Of a stretch of DNA of 64,000 nucleotides, positions 34,635 to 44,841 are shown piece after piece. Within the stretch, counting starts at the first letter, position 1. Every line of letters begins with the position of its first letter. Made by a program: the position numbers and the translations under genes. The DNA comes from Rebecca billardiae RCC1528. Taxonomy: Eukaryota > Protista > Haptophyta. The notes under the pieces are model-generated. The model saw only the letters and a list, made by a program, of their open reading frames with translations. It searched no databases and was not told where the DNA came from. The stretch spans positions 1,488,001 to 1,552,000 of the forward strand of contig OZ251238.1 of the NCBI GenBank assembly GCA_965240325.2. Reading direction: 5' to 3'.

Positions 34635-36320
34635 ATGACCGGGCTTCAGAGTCCGGACGGCTTGCCCCAGCTCCGCGCCGCCGCACTTGGCAAAGACTGG
34701 CGTCGTCCGCCCCTGATCCCCGCAGCCATGCTCACCGATGCCGCACGGGCGGAGCTCGTCGCCGTATTCCAGGCGAAGAGCGCCGAGTGGGAGAAGAGGA
34801 AGACGAAGGGGAACGCCAACGGCTTGCCGCAGATCGACCGCGTGCTGGAGCTGAAGCTCATCAAGGTGCGGCACAAGCTCAGCCAGCGGCAGATCGCCCT
34901 CGCGTACAAGCGCTACCTCGATCCGCCCCAGCGTGTGAAGCTGGCGCCGGTGAGCGGCTTCGTCGAGTCGACGCTGAAGCAGCTAGGCGACAGGTCGCTC
35001 ATCGTCAAGCGCGCCGTCGAGTTCTGCCGGACGAGTTCTCATGCGGCGATGTTGATGGGTGATCCCACGCCAGCCCGCTTCGACAAGCTGGCCTCGGCGC
35101 TCGGGGACGAGCTCGAGGAGCGCGTGCGGGCCATGGTCGACGTGATGGCGACTCACCGCGCGAAGTCAACCACGGCGATCGGCAACGTGCGCTCGGCCTT
35201 CCACTCGGAGCTGCGTGAGACACGACAGGCGTTTATCCAGGAGCACGCGGCGCGCGCAGAGGAGGCGATCCGGAGCTTGTCAGCTGTGAACGCTCGGCCC
35301 ATGTTGCACGTCGCGCTCCTGGACGAGCTGGACGAGGCGCTCTTCGCGGCCACGTGCGAAAAGCTCGCCGCCCACCCACCCGTCCAGGTGCCACCGACCT
35401 GCTCGCCGGATGTGAAGGACCTCCGCGCCCAGCTCCTGTACTACCTCACCGGCTGGCTCATGCGCAAGGTGCAGGCTGCCGCTTGCCACGGTACCAAGGC
35501 GCTCCTGGAAGCGGGGCCCTTTTGGCTCGCGTGGCTCAAGGCGAACGGGCTCGCGAGCAGCGATGTCGTGTCCCTCTGGGATCTGCCGTCGGTGCGTACG
35601 CTCAGGCGCAACGTGCACGACTCTGCCCTCTACCTCCCACGCAAGGAGCTATTCATGCTCGTGTGGAGGATTGAGGAGCACGTCGTCGCCGTCCTCACTC
35701 GGGACCACATCGCGCTCGTCAGGGGCGACATCATGCTCGAGGCGTCCAAGCTCATCCTGGCTAGTGCGGAGTGCGCAGCGCTCTTCGCTGCCACGCTGCC
35801 CGACCCCAAGCCTGCCGAGGCGGAGCAGCGGGCCCTCTTCGAGTTCCTCGTGGACAAGTACATGCGCGTGCGCGGCCCGAACTTTGCACGCACGGCTCTC
35901 GATCACATGTTCACGTCGCTCACCGTGGAGAGCCAGCGGGCCAACCTGCGCACCAAGCTCGCTACGGTCGCGGCGAAGTCGCCCGGCGCCCAGCTCAGCG
36001 TGCCGGCGCCCGAGGCGATGCTGACGCATCGTGAGTCGCTTGCCAAGGCGATTGCGCTTGGAGACGTCGACGAGGCTGATGGCGAAGGGCAGTCAGCAGA
36101 GGAGGTGAAGGCTGATGAGCGCATGGTGGACTCGTTCTTCGCAGACATCGAGAGCGAGCAGCAGCGCTGCCTGCTCGACGACGAGGTCAATGACGGTGCT
36201 GATGTCGAGCACCTCGACTTGATCACGAAGGGCGTGCAGGCGTGCTTCGGCAATGCAGCCAGCGCGGGCGGCAGTGCAGACCCCTTTGCTGTGAGCGGCG
36301 ATCATGCTGACGACGAGTGA
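34635..36320 (+). CDS. Transposon ORF2 (561 aa, intronless), resembling the C-terminal domain of P/THAP9-type transposases
   Basis: Clean ORF starting 16 bp inside the left TIR; motifs LYYLTGWLMRKV, LYLPRKELF..V..IE, FLVDKYMRVR; acidic tail. Confidence 0.7.
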   Translation: MTGLQSPDGLPQLRAAALGKDWRRPPLIPAAMLTDAARAELVAVFQAKSAEWEKRKTKGNANGLPQIDRVLELKLIKVRHKLSQRQIALAYKRYLDPPQRVKLAPVSGFVESTLKQLGDRSLIVKRAVEFCRTSSHAAMLMGDPTPARFDKLASALGDELEERVRAMVDVMATHRAKSTTAIGNVRSAFHSELRETRQAFIQEHAARAEEAIRSLSAVNARPMLHVALLDELDEALFAATCEKLAAHPPVQVPPTCSPDVKDLRAQLLYYLTGWLMRKVQAAACHGTKALLEAGPFWLAWLKANGLASSDVVSLWDLPSVRTLRRNVHDSALYLPRKELFMLVWRIEEHVVAVLTRDHIALVRGDIMLEASKLILASAECAALFAATLPDPKPAEAEQRALFEFLVDKYMRVRGPNFARTALDHMFTSLTVESQRANLRTKLATVAAKSPGAQLSVPAPEAMLTHRESLAKAIALGDVDEADGEGQSAEEVKADERMVDSFFADIESEQQRCLLDDEVNDGADVEHLDLITKGVQACFGNAASAGGSADPFAVSGDHADDE

Positions 36321-36537
36321 CTCCGACTACGATGTATCATCAATGATTGGTTAGCGCGTCATCGATATCGTCACGTGTCATCATATCAGTCACAGATATT
36401 ATACATCATAGGTGAGCAGCGCGCCACGGCGCCGGGCACTGTGTGACTGGGCCTGACACTGTGAGTCCCGTCATGCTAGTAGCAGCGCTCGCCGCCGGAT
36501 TACTGTAATTTACGTACTTATTCTAATATATATATAT

Positions 36538-37100
36538 TGATTGGCGCTTCGCGCGTGTCGTGCGGTCCTTACTGTGTTTCGTGGGGCGAAGGGGCGTCCC
36601 CCTTGCTGATGAGTCAATGGCTGGTTTCAGGTTGGCTGATGTTTTTAGTCTGGTGAAAGCTGATGGAAGTGGCATCGAAGATTTTGGAATCTTCGTGTGC
36701 CTGCTTCCCTCGGTCGGAATGCTCTCGGAATTCCGTTGATTGCCTTCGGGTCATTGCACGAAAGCTTCCTGTGATGATCGGGACGTCTCCTCGAAATGAA
36801 AAGAAAGTTCTGATGACTGCATGGTAGTCTCTGGTCCAGTTCAGGGTACCTTCCCAAGTGGTGAAGAATCCCTGGACCCTTGGATGTGTAGTCCGAAGAC
36901 CTCATGTGTGTGCCGATGCTCCTTATCTTTGGAGTAGTAACTTGCATGAACAATGGCTGCTGTTGGCCTTGCTCTTGAATGGTGAAACCGATTGAATTGC
37001 ATGATGAAAGTCTGTAGCTTGGCGGCTGAAATTGCTCAGCGCCTTGGAATTAAAGTCTCGAGCTGGGGAATGGCGCCGATGGCTGCCTTGGACTTTGACA
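36538..37100 (-). repeat. 3' LTR of copia-2
   Basis: Direct repeat of 43767-44329; no difference found by eye. Confidence 0.95.
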
Positions 37101-37107
37101 CGCCCCC

Positions 37108-40100
37108 TCAATTCGAAACTGGTGTAACCATGATGTCTCGAAATTTGGTGAACTTGTCCTTGGGTAGCGCCTTGGTCAGACAATCGGCGATGTTTTCCGA
37201 GGTGTGCACCTTGGTGATGTTGACTGCACCGAGGTCGACACAATCTCGAATAAAATGGTGTCGTACGTCGATGTGCTTGGTGCGCTTATGATGAATGCTG
37301 TTCTTTGAGAGATCAATCGCCCCCTTGTTGTCCTCGTGGATCACAATGGGAGTCTTTTGACTGTTGAGGATATAGCTGATGACGTCGCGTAGGTAAACTG
37401 CCTCTTTGGCTCCTTCCGCGAGTGCGACATATTCGGCCTCACAGGATGAAAGGGTTGTGATTGACTGCTTGAAGGTGCGCCACGATACTGGGCCGCCAGC
37501 ATGGAAGTAGATATAGCTTCCGGTCGAGCGGCGATCTTTTGTATCGTTGGCCCAGTCCGAGTCCACAAACATCTCCGTTCGTGGCTGAGTAGTAGCCGTT
37601 GATGTGAAAGTGATGCCGGAATTCTTTGTCCCGGCCAAGTACCTGAGCACTCGCTTGGCACCTTTAAGGTCGTTCGAGCTTGGGCTTGCCATGTGCCTTG
37701 CCAACATATTGACTGCATAGCTGATGTCGGGTCGGCAGGTGTTCATGATGAATAGTAGCGCTCCGACAATTGCTCGGTAGGTCTTTGATTCCTCCGGCGA
37801 GCACGATGATGAATCGTCTGTCTCGACTGCTGTCGGATGCTCTGTTGCCGATCTGCACGGGTTGTCGACGGGCGTAATGTCGCTCATGTCGTGCTTCTTG
37901 AGGAGATCGGTGATGTACTGTGACATGGAGATAGTCGTCGACTTGGGCCCCTGGGCGATACTCATGCCTAGGAAAGTCGTTGCTGGTCCCAGATCCCGGA
38001 GGGTGAATTCTTTTCGAATTTCTCCGATAATCGAGCTGGGTCTTGCGCTGTCGGGGGAGCTGCTCAGAATAAGCAGGTCGTCCACGTACACTGCGATGAC
38101 GTCGATGATGTCTCCTGAGGTGCGGACGAAGATGCACTCCGACTGTGTGAGTTTCTTGAATCCTTTCTCTCGCAGTTTCTGGCTGAGGCGGATGTGCCAT
38201 CGTCTGCCGCTCTGCTTAAATCCTGGAAGGGCCATATCCCAGTCAGCCGCGACCACGTGTCCCTCGGGTGGCTTGAGGGCACACGGGTACAGCGGGGGTA
38301 GCGTAGTGTAGATCTTCAGGCCGTCCTCCAATGGGGCTTGGAGGTACGCCGTACTCACGTCTGCAGAGTGGATGATCCAAGGTCTTTCTGGTGTTCGTAG
38401 CTCCGTCGTCAGTGCCAATAGGAGGCGTACGTTCTCGTACCGGATAGTAGGCGAGAACACCTCGTCGTAATTGACTCCTTGAATCTGGCGGAAGCCTTGA
38501 CCAACCAATCTTGCCTTGTACCGTTCGATGGTACCATCTGGATTGGCTTTGACCTTGAAGACCAGCTTCGATGGGATAATTGCTTTCCCTTTGGGAACAA
38601 TGACGGGCGTGAATGTGCCCAGCCTGTCGTGGGCCTCGTATTCTTCCATGATAGCCCTTGTCCAATCGGATGCTTGCTTGCTCTCCATCGCTTCCTTGAA
38701 CGATGTAGGTACCGGGATATCTGATGCGAGCTGCGCGAGCTGCGCGCGCGCGCGCGCGCGCCGCGTCGGCGGGAAGTATGACTTGCCAGTCATGTTGCGA
38801 GTCCGCTGTGGGCGGCGATCGGCGGAGGGAGGAGGCTGCTTTGGCTGCGGTGGCGTATTGCTCTGTGATGGTCCGCCTCCAGCTCCGGGGCCGTCTCCAT
38901 CACCGTCGTCGCCGTTGCCATCATCTCCCTTCTCGTCGTCGTCGGGTTTGTCCCTGTCGTCCTCGTCGTCATCGTCGTCTGATTTCTCGTCCGGCGATGG
39001 TGGATCGTCTCCTCCGCGCTCGGAGCCGCTGTCGGCGTCACTGCTGCTGCTGGCAAACTCTTCGTCGCCCTCCTCGTTGGTGTTGCTGTCACGGGTCTTA
39101 CCAGCATCTGCACCTTGAGGAGGTCGCCGAGCGCTCCACGCCAGCAGGGGGTCCCGAATTTCGCGGATCTCCTTGAAATGCGTAGAGATTCGATCCAAAA
39201 TGACTTGCTCGTTGAACTTGACGTGCCGAGTGATGACGATTTTCCCGTCGTCGGCACTCAAAACGATGTATCCGTGCGATCGCTTGATGGTGCCTCGCTC
39301 GAAGATACCGTCAAATCCGTATCCCAGTAAGATGCCCTCCCGCGCGCGCGGGAGTAGCTTGTTCTGCTTGTTGATCGACTGTACGAGGTAGATGCAGGGC
39401 GAGCCCCAAACTCTCAGCTTTTGCAGGAAGGGCCCGGGCGAGGTGCCAAACATCAGCTCGTGCGGTGAAACCAGCTTGCCATCGCTGGTAGGATGCTTGC
39501 TCATCAGGTTGCGTTGCGCGGCAGCGCACTTGGCTGCCCAATACCACCATTTGTGGTGTACGCCTGAGAGGTACAGCATTGTCCTGGCGTCATTCATGAT
39601 GACTCCGAGGCCACGTTCGGCGACGCCGTTCAGCTGCTGCGTGTGGGGGGGCGACATGTAGTTGCATAGCATGTCGTACCTGCGAAGGACTCGGTTCCAA
39701 TTCTTTGAGTGTAACTCTCGGCCTCCGTCGAGGTGAATGGTGCATCCGGCGATGCCCTTGTTCTGCATGGTGGCGGATAGAGAGTTGGCTCCCATCTCGC
39801 TGGCCATGAGGTCGAGCTTCTCCGGCGCTTCAGCCTTGTTTTGCATGTCGTAGAAGCGCATGTATCCGGAAAAATCATCGATGAATAGAGTTCCCCACCT
39901 TGGAGTCTTTGCGGGCAGCCCGTTGATGGGCCCGATGACATCGTTGTGGAGCATCTCGAGCGGTCGAGTTGTTCTCTCACGTGTGCCCGGGAACGGCTTG
40001 GCCTTGAACTTGGCAACGTCGGAGGGCTGGTACGTGCAGGGCGATGCCTCCGACATCTTGTCGTTCGCGCGGTAGGTTGCGCGTACACGCTTGATATCGG

Positions 40101-43100
40101 CATATCCTAGTCTGGATTGCCAGAGCGTGATCTTCCGCCCGTTCTTGATCGGGTCGACGTCTGGTGGCACGTCGTCCGCGGTGGCCGGCATGGCTGTCTC
40201 GGCCTTGGGTACGACTGTCTTGAATCCGACGGTGTTGTCGGGGCGCAAATGAACCCTCTTGGGGCCGATGCGGATGTATGGTCGTTCGTCGAACACCACA
40301 GCCATTCCGACCGCGGCGAACGCGTTGACTGAAAAAAGAGTAGTATCGAGATCTTCGACTCCGACGACGTTTTCCAGGCACACCGGCACGGTTGTGTCTG
40401 AGTCGGCGTCAAGTAAGTATACGTACATGTCGCCTGCCTTGGATGCGTGTAGCTCAATGTCGCGCTTGGCGACCTTGACAGACATGCTGATCGGGTGAGC
40501 ATTGTGTAGCAGGCCGAGGTTGATATCGACAAATGATTGGGACGCGCCCGAGTCCAGATACGCGTATTGCGTCGGCTCGAGATCTGCGTCATCGGGTTCC
40601 GGGTCGATGTCCTCGTCTTGCACCATCTGGGCCCGCGGCCTCCCCGCCCGCTTTTGGGGCGGAGGTACTTTGATGAACTTGCCGTCGCGCCCGCCGGGCT
40701 TGGCGGGCGGCCTGAAGTTGCCCTGCCTTGGTGCACCGGGCGGCCTGGGTGGCCGCAAGTCTGGATGTAGCTTCCAGCACCGCTCTGCGGTGTGGTTGCG
40801 TAGCCCGCAGTGCGAGCACGTGACGGCTGGTTGTCGGCGGTCCGCCTCCTCAGTATTGAGAGCGTGCGCGGGACCGCCCCGCTTGGGGTCACGTTGCGTT
40901 GCCTGTCGTCCCTTGGGCGACTGAGTCCAACGCCTGTATGCGTCCTCGATCTGGGCGGTGAGCTGTTCGGTCTGCGCCACGCATTGCTGGGGCGACATTG
41001 AACCGTAAATAGAGATGACGGTCGAGTAGACCTCTGGGTGCTCGTGCATCCCGTTGTACAACTTGAAAACGAGGAGTGTGGCGTCGTCTAGCTCTCGATA
41101 GCGTGATGCGCGTACCATCTCCACCGTTTGCTTGATCATCTCGGGGCCGCTCACCGGGGTCGGTCGGTCCGGGTAGAGCTTCTTGAACTCAGCTCGGAGC
41201 TCCGACATGGTCGATACGTTCAGCTCGTGCTCGAAGATTTCGAGCAGAGTATGTAAATTCAGGAAATTCTCATTCGGGTTCACGATGTGCCGTTTCGACT
41301 CGAGGTACGAAAAGAGACTCGGCAGCATCATGTCCTTGATACGCTTGAAAAGTACTTCCACCGATCGCTCGTAGACGATCGTCATCTGCATGATGGTGGT
41401 GTCAGCATCCATGTTTGCGAATGCGGTTGCGTACGGTTCCCGAATAGCATTTTCGGCTGTCCACACGGCGGCCTCGGCCAACGCGTATCCGGAGAGCCTG
41501 GCCTCGACGAGGGTGACCATGGACGACGTAGTGTCGGTCGCTCTTCCCTTGAAGGAAGCCTTGACCTCGGTGACTGCGTCCTTGATCGCTCCGTGGATAG
41601 CCATTTTCGATTTGATTGTGAAGAAATTCAGCTTGTAGCTTCCGACGCCGGGCTGGCTTGTCTGCACAGCCATCATTGCATGTGCGTCGGGCAAGTAGGT
41701 GATGCAAGCTTCGCCTCCATTTCTGCGCGTTCGTGGTGACGCGTCGAGCGAGCTTGTCTCAATGTGGTCCTCTGCTGTGGCATAGCTGCCCATTTCCGAC
41801 GATGTAGAAGACTCGTCCCCATCGCTGCTCTGCTGTGCGCTGTTGTCGTCACCAGTCGTGGCAGGTGGGTAGTTTGTGACACCACCAGGTGGGCCGTCGT
41901 CAGCCGGCGAGTGTCCCTCGCTCGCTTCAGAAGTCAGCCCATAGAACTCTTTGTGCAGGAAGCATGCGACACCTGGCTGTAGGAGTGCGTCATTACAATG
42001 GAACATGAGATCGAACTTGCTTTGGTGAAGCTCGTCCCTCTCCCGCACATAGTCTCCAACTGTGTAGTTGTGACCTTGCCGCTCTGCGGCTGCTGCGATG
42101 AAGCCTCCCGAGTAGATAGTGCATCGTTTGGATGGCCGCCAAGGGCAAATATCATCGAGGCTGGCGCCTGCGTCGTTCACGACGCTCAGGCTGCGGCGAT
42201 CAGCCGCTGCGACGGGTCCGTCCTGCCGGTGGAAGTGAATGCCATCATCATCGATGTCAATCCCGTCGTTCATCGCTGCAAACTGGATAATCTGCTCGTC
42301 ACATTCGAGCTGATGCTGAACTTGGATGGCGTCTGCGCATCGGTAGCTGCAGACTCTGCCCATCCCACAGATGATGCATTCGAGGGTGCAATGCATCGAT
42401 GTGCACGACTGATTGTCGCATGGCTGGCGCGACTTCGGATCATCGTCGTCAATCTCACTCCACTGGCTGCAGTAGATGCCGTTGCCCATGTTCTTGCGCG
42501 TCGGGATCTCCGGGATGATGCAATCGAAGGTCTCGCCTACACCATACCAACTGCTGACAGCCAGGAGGGGGTAAGTGCACAGGTATGAGGACATGCGATG
42601 CTTGTCGCGCGCAGCGTGTTCCCATGCTGCCTTGTTGCAGCACAAGATGGATTGGGGCCGGTCACTCGAGTCGCTGCACATACCTCCAATGGTGAAGATG
42701 TCGTCTCCGATGTCCATCGGATCCTGGTAGACGAGTCCGTTGATGTCGATGGCCGCATCCTTGAGCACGTTGAGGACATCATTGAGGCTCAACGCGTCCG
42801 GCGGCGGGGTCGAGCCGCGCGCGAGGTCGTCAAGCTGCGGCGCGAACTCCTCGAACGGCTCCGACCGCTCATCGCCAGGGATCTGGCCCGGGTCGAAGGG
42901 GTAGTGGCTGTGCGGCTCCTTGAAGTCGGTCACGACGCTGATGGTCGGGAGGTCGCCCGCCATCGCGTCCGCCTCCGGCGCTGCGACGCTGCTGCCTCCA
43001 TGCTGGTCGTGTCCAGTCGCAGTCGGCGACGCCGAGTCCGGGGATTCCGTCTGTGTCGTAGCGTCGCGATGCAGCGACTGCGACGACGGCGAGTCGTCCT

Positions 43101-43767
43101 TCTGCGAGGACGGGGGCACTCGCCATTGCTCAGGGAGCACGACGGGCTGCTTGTAGTCCCAGCCCAGCGTGCCGGAGGGCCGCGGGCCGTTTGGGTACTT
43201 GTCGTGCGCCGACGATCGCTCCTGCGCGCTGGGGATCGTCATGGGTTCAGTTGCGCGCGCGCCGGTGCGCGGCGCGGCGCGCTCGGCCTCGCTGTGTTGC
43301 GAGGGATGGTATCGGTGGCCCCGCGAGTGGGGCGGGTGCCAGTGCGCATGCGCGGAGTTGGATGGCCTTGTGCTCTCCGCGAACCACGTCCCGTCGTAGG
43401 GTACGAGGTTGTCGTCGCTCCGCCGGTGGTGCTTGTACTCGGTCGGTGCGTGATGCCGGCCGCCGCCGTTGCCTTGGCGACTGGGGCCTTGCTCGCCACG
43501 CGGGTAGTGTCCGTCGTGGCGGTCGCGGTTCTCGATGGAGCTGCGACTGTCCTCGTAGAAGGTACGCGGGCTCCCGCCCTGGTCGTACCATCGCGAGGAT
43601 GGGAACTCGATGTCTTCCTTGCGGCCGGTGTCGTTCCGTGCCGATCCGGCGTTGTCGCCGAAGTCGATGTCGAGGAGCATGGGGCTCCCGTGGTGGCGGA
43701 GCCGTTCGTTGCGGGTCCGCTTGCGCTGATTGTAGGATCGGACGACGTTGTGCACCCGTGAGCTCAT
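37108..43767 (-). CDS. copia-2 Gag-Pol polyprotein (2219 aa) with a long N-terminal extension
   Basis: CSHCGLRNHTAERC knuckle; YLDSGAS protease; HNDVIGP/HLDGGRE/LNGVAER integrase; RYKARLV, YVDD RT; VDSDWA, SSCEAEY, KHIDVRHH RNase H. Confidence 0.95.
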   Translation of the reverse strand: MSSRVHNVVRSYNQRKRTRNERLRHHGSPMLLDIDFGDNAGSARNDTGRKEDIEFPSSRWYDQGGSPRTFYEDSRSSIENRDRHDGHYPRGEQGPSRQGNGGGRHHAPTEYKHHRRSDDNLVPYDGTWFAESTRPSNSAHAHWHPPHSRGHRYHPSQHSEAERAAPRTGARATEPMTIPSAQERSSAHDKYPNGPRPSGTLGWDYKQPVVLPEQWRVPPSSQKDDSPSSQSLHRDATTQTESPDSASPTATGHDQHGGSSVAAPEADAMAGDLPTISVVTDFKEPHSHYPFDPGQIPGDERSEPFEEFAPQLDDLARGSTPPPDALSLNDVLNVLKDAAIDINGLVYQDPMDIGDDIFTIGGMCSDSSDRPQSILCCNKAAWEHAARDKHRMSSYLCTYPLLAVSSWYGVGETFDCIIPEIPTRKNMGNGIYCSQWSEIDDDDPKSRQPCDNQSCTSMHCTLECIICGMGRVCSYRCADAIQVQHQLECDEQIIQFAAMNDGIDIDDDGIHFHRQDGPVAAADRRSLSVVNDAGASLDDICPWRPSKRCTIYSGGFIAAAAERQGHNYTVGDYVRERDELHQSKFDLMFHCNDALLQPGVACFLHKEFYGLTSEASEGHSPADDGPPGGVTNYPPATTGDDNSAQQSSDGDESSTSSEMGSYATAEDHIETSSLDASPRTRRNGGEACITYLPDAHAMMAVQTSQPGVGSYKLNFFTIKSKMAIHGAIKDAVTEVKASFKGRATDTTSSMVTLVEARLSGYALAEAAVWTAENAIREPYATAFANMDADTTIMQMTIVYERSVEVLFKRIKDMMLPSLFSYLESKRHIVNPNENFLNLHTLLEIFEHELNVSTMSELRAEFKKLYPDRPTPVSGPEMIKQTVEMVRASRYRELDDATLLVFKLYNGMHEHPEVYSTVISIYGSMSPQQCVAQTEQLTAQIEDAYRRWTQSPKGRQATQRDPKRGGPAHALNTEEADRRQPAVTCSHCGLRNHTAERCWKLHPDLRPPRPPGAPRQGNFRPPAKPGGRDGKFIKVPPPQKRAGRPRAQMVQDEDIDPEPDDADLEPTQYAYLDSGASQSFVDINLGLLHNAHPISMSVKVAKRDIELHASKAGDMYVYLLDADSDTTVPVCLENVVGVEDLDTTLFSVNAFAAVGMAVVFDERPYIRIGPKRVHLRPDNTVGFKTVVPKAETAMPATADDVPPDVDPIKNGRKITLWQSRLGYADIKRVRATYRANDKMSEASPCTYQPSDVAKFKAKPFPGTRERTTRPLEMLHNDVIGPINGLPAKTPRWGTLFIDDFSGYMRFYDMQNKAEAPEKLDLMASEMGANSLSATMQNKGIAGCTIHLDGGRELHSKNWNRVLRRYDMLCNYMSPPHTQQLNGVAERGLGVIMNDARTMLYLSGVHHKWWYWAAKCAAAQRNLMSKHPTSDGKLVSPHELMFGTSPGPFLQKLRVWGSPCIYLVQSINKQNKLLPRAREGILLGYGFDGIFERGTIKRSHGYIVLSADDGKIVITRHVKFNEQVILDRISTHFKEIREIRDPLLAWSARRPPQGADAGKTRDSNTNEEGDEEFASSSSDADSGSERGGDDPPSPDEKSDDDDDEDDRDKPDDDEKGDDGNGDDGDGDGPGAGGGPSQSNTPPQPKQPPPSADRRPQRTRNMTGKSYFPPTRRARARAQLAQLASDIPVPTSFKEAMESKQASDWTRAIMEEYEAHDRLGTFTPVIVPKGKAIIPSKLVFKVKANPDGTIERYKARLVGQGFRQIQGVNYDEVFSPTIRYENVRLLLALTTELRTPERPWIIHSADVSTAYLQAPLEDGLKIYTTLPPLYPCALKPPEGHVVAADWDMALPGFKQSGRRWHIRLSQKLREKGFKKLTQSECIFVRTSGDIIDVIAVYVDDLLILSSSPDSARPSSIIGEIRKEFTLRDLGPATTFLGMSIAQGPKSTTISMSQYITDLLKKHDMSDITPVDNPCRSATEHPTAVETDDSSSCSPEESKTYRAIVGALLFIMNTCRPDISYAVNMLARHMASPSSNDLKGAKRVLRYLAGTKNSGITFTSTATTQPRTEMFVDSDWANDTKDRRSTGSYIYFHAGGPVSWRTFKQSITTLSSCEAEYVALAEGAKEAVYLRDVISYILNSQKTPIVIHEDNKGAIDLSKNSIHHKRTKHIDVRHHFIRDCVDLGAVNITKVHTSENIADCLTKALPKDKFTKFRDIMVTPVSN

Positions 43768-44329
43768 GATTGGCGCTTCGCGCGTGTCGTGCGGTCCTTA
43801 CTGTGTTTCGTGGGGCGAAGGGGCGTCCCCCTTGCTGATGAGTCAATGGCTGGTTTCAGGTTGGCTGATGTTTTTAGTCTGGTGAAAGCTGATGGAAGTG
43901 GCATCGAAGATTTTGGAATCTTCGTGTGCCTGCTTCCCTCGGTCGGAATGCTCTCGGAATTCCGTTGATTGCCTTCGGGTCATTGCACGAAAGCTTCCTG
44001 TGATGATCGGGACGTCTCCTCGAAATGAAAAGAAAGTTCTGATGACTGCATGGTAGTCTCTGGTCCAGTTCAGGGTACCTTCCCAAGTGGTGAAGAATCC
44101 CTGGACCCTTGGATGTGTAGTCCGAAGACCTCATGTGTGTGCCGATGCTCCTTATCTTTGGAGTAGTAACTTGCATGAACAATGGCTGCTGTTGGCCTTG
44201 CTCTTGAATGGTGAAACCGATTGAATTGCATGATGAAAGTCTGTAGCTTGGCGGCTGAAATTGCTCAGCGCCTTGGAATTAAAGTCTCGAGCTGGGGAAT
44301 GGCGCCGATGGCTGCCTTGGACTTTGACA
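43767..44329 (-). repeat. 5' LTR of copia-2
   Basis: Direct repeat of 36538-37100. Confidence 0.95.
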
Positions 44330-44364
44330 TATATAGCAGATTATTACGCGACTATACGTATCCT

Positions 44365-44654
44365 CATCCTGTCGGCGCGCTGTTGCATCGGCGCCCAGTC
44401 GGCGAGTTCGGAGGACGACGTTTTGTGGCGGACGACGGTGGGGCGAGGACGACGGGCGCTGGCGCGCCGCGAGGCGGCCGCAGCCCTCATCCATCCAGGC
44501 CTCGCAGGCGCCGGACCGGGGGGGCTGAACGAATTTTTGATATTTTTCCGACGGCGCTACCGCCATCGGCGACGGCTTCATGGGCGGTGACAGTTCGGGC
44601 GGGCGTCAATCTCGCTTGCCTGAGCTGTGTGCGTCTCTTATTCTTAGTAAACTG
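44365..44654 (-). repeat. Inverted partial copy of the left end of the 10463-11686 element
   Basis: Diverged reverse complement of 10463-10780, ending TAGTAAACTG|TA. Confidence 0.85.
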
Positions 44655-44841
44655 TAATAATATATCGCGATATTAATATATAATGTATATATTAAAATAG
44701 CCGCGTTTCAATTATATATATATTAAATATAACGTACTGACGGGCGTGTAGACTATAGATGATGACATATACATGTATGCAGATGATGACGATGATGCGC
44801 CATGATGGTCGACGGTATGCGTGCACAACATGCTATCTTAA

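Larger units (their letters stand above)
36538..44329 (-). mobile_element. Full-length Ty1/copia LTR retrotransposon (copia-2), 7792 bp
   Basis: 563-bp TG...CA LTRs; TSD TATAT (36533-36537, 44330-44334); PPT GAGGGGGCG at 37101-37109; single gag-pol ORF. Confidence 0.97.

Noticed and set aside
34635-36320. ORF2 as a Fanzor/TnpB RNA-guided nuclease
   Set aside because: No RuvC D/E/D motifs and no CxxC...CxxC zinc ribbon are visible.
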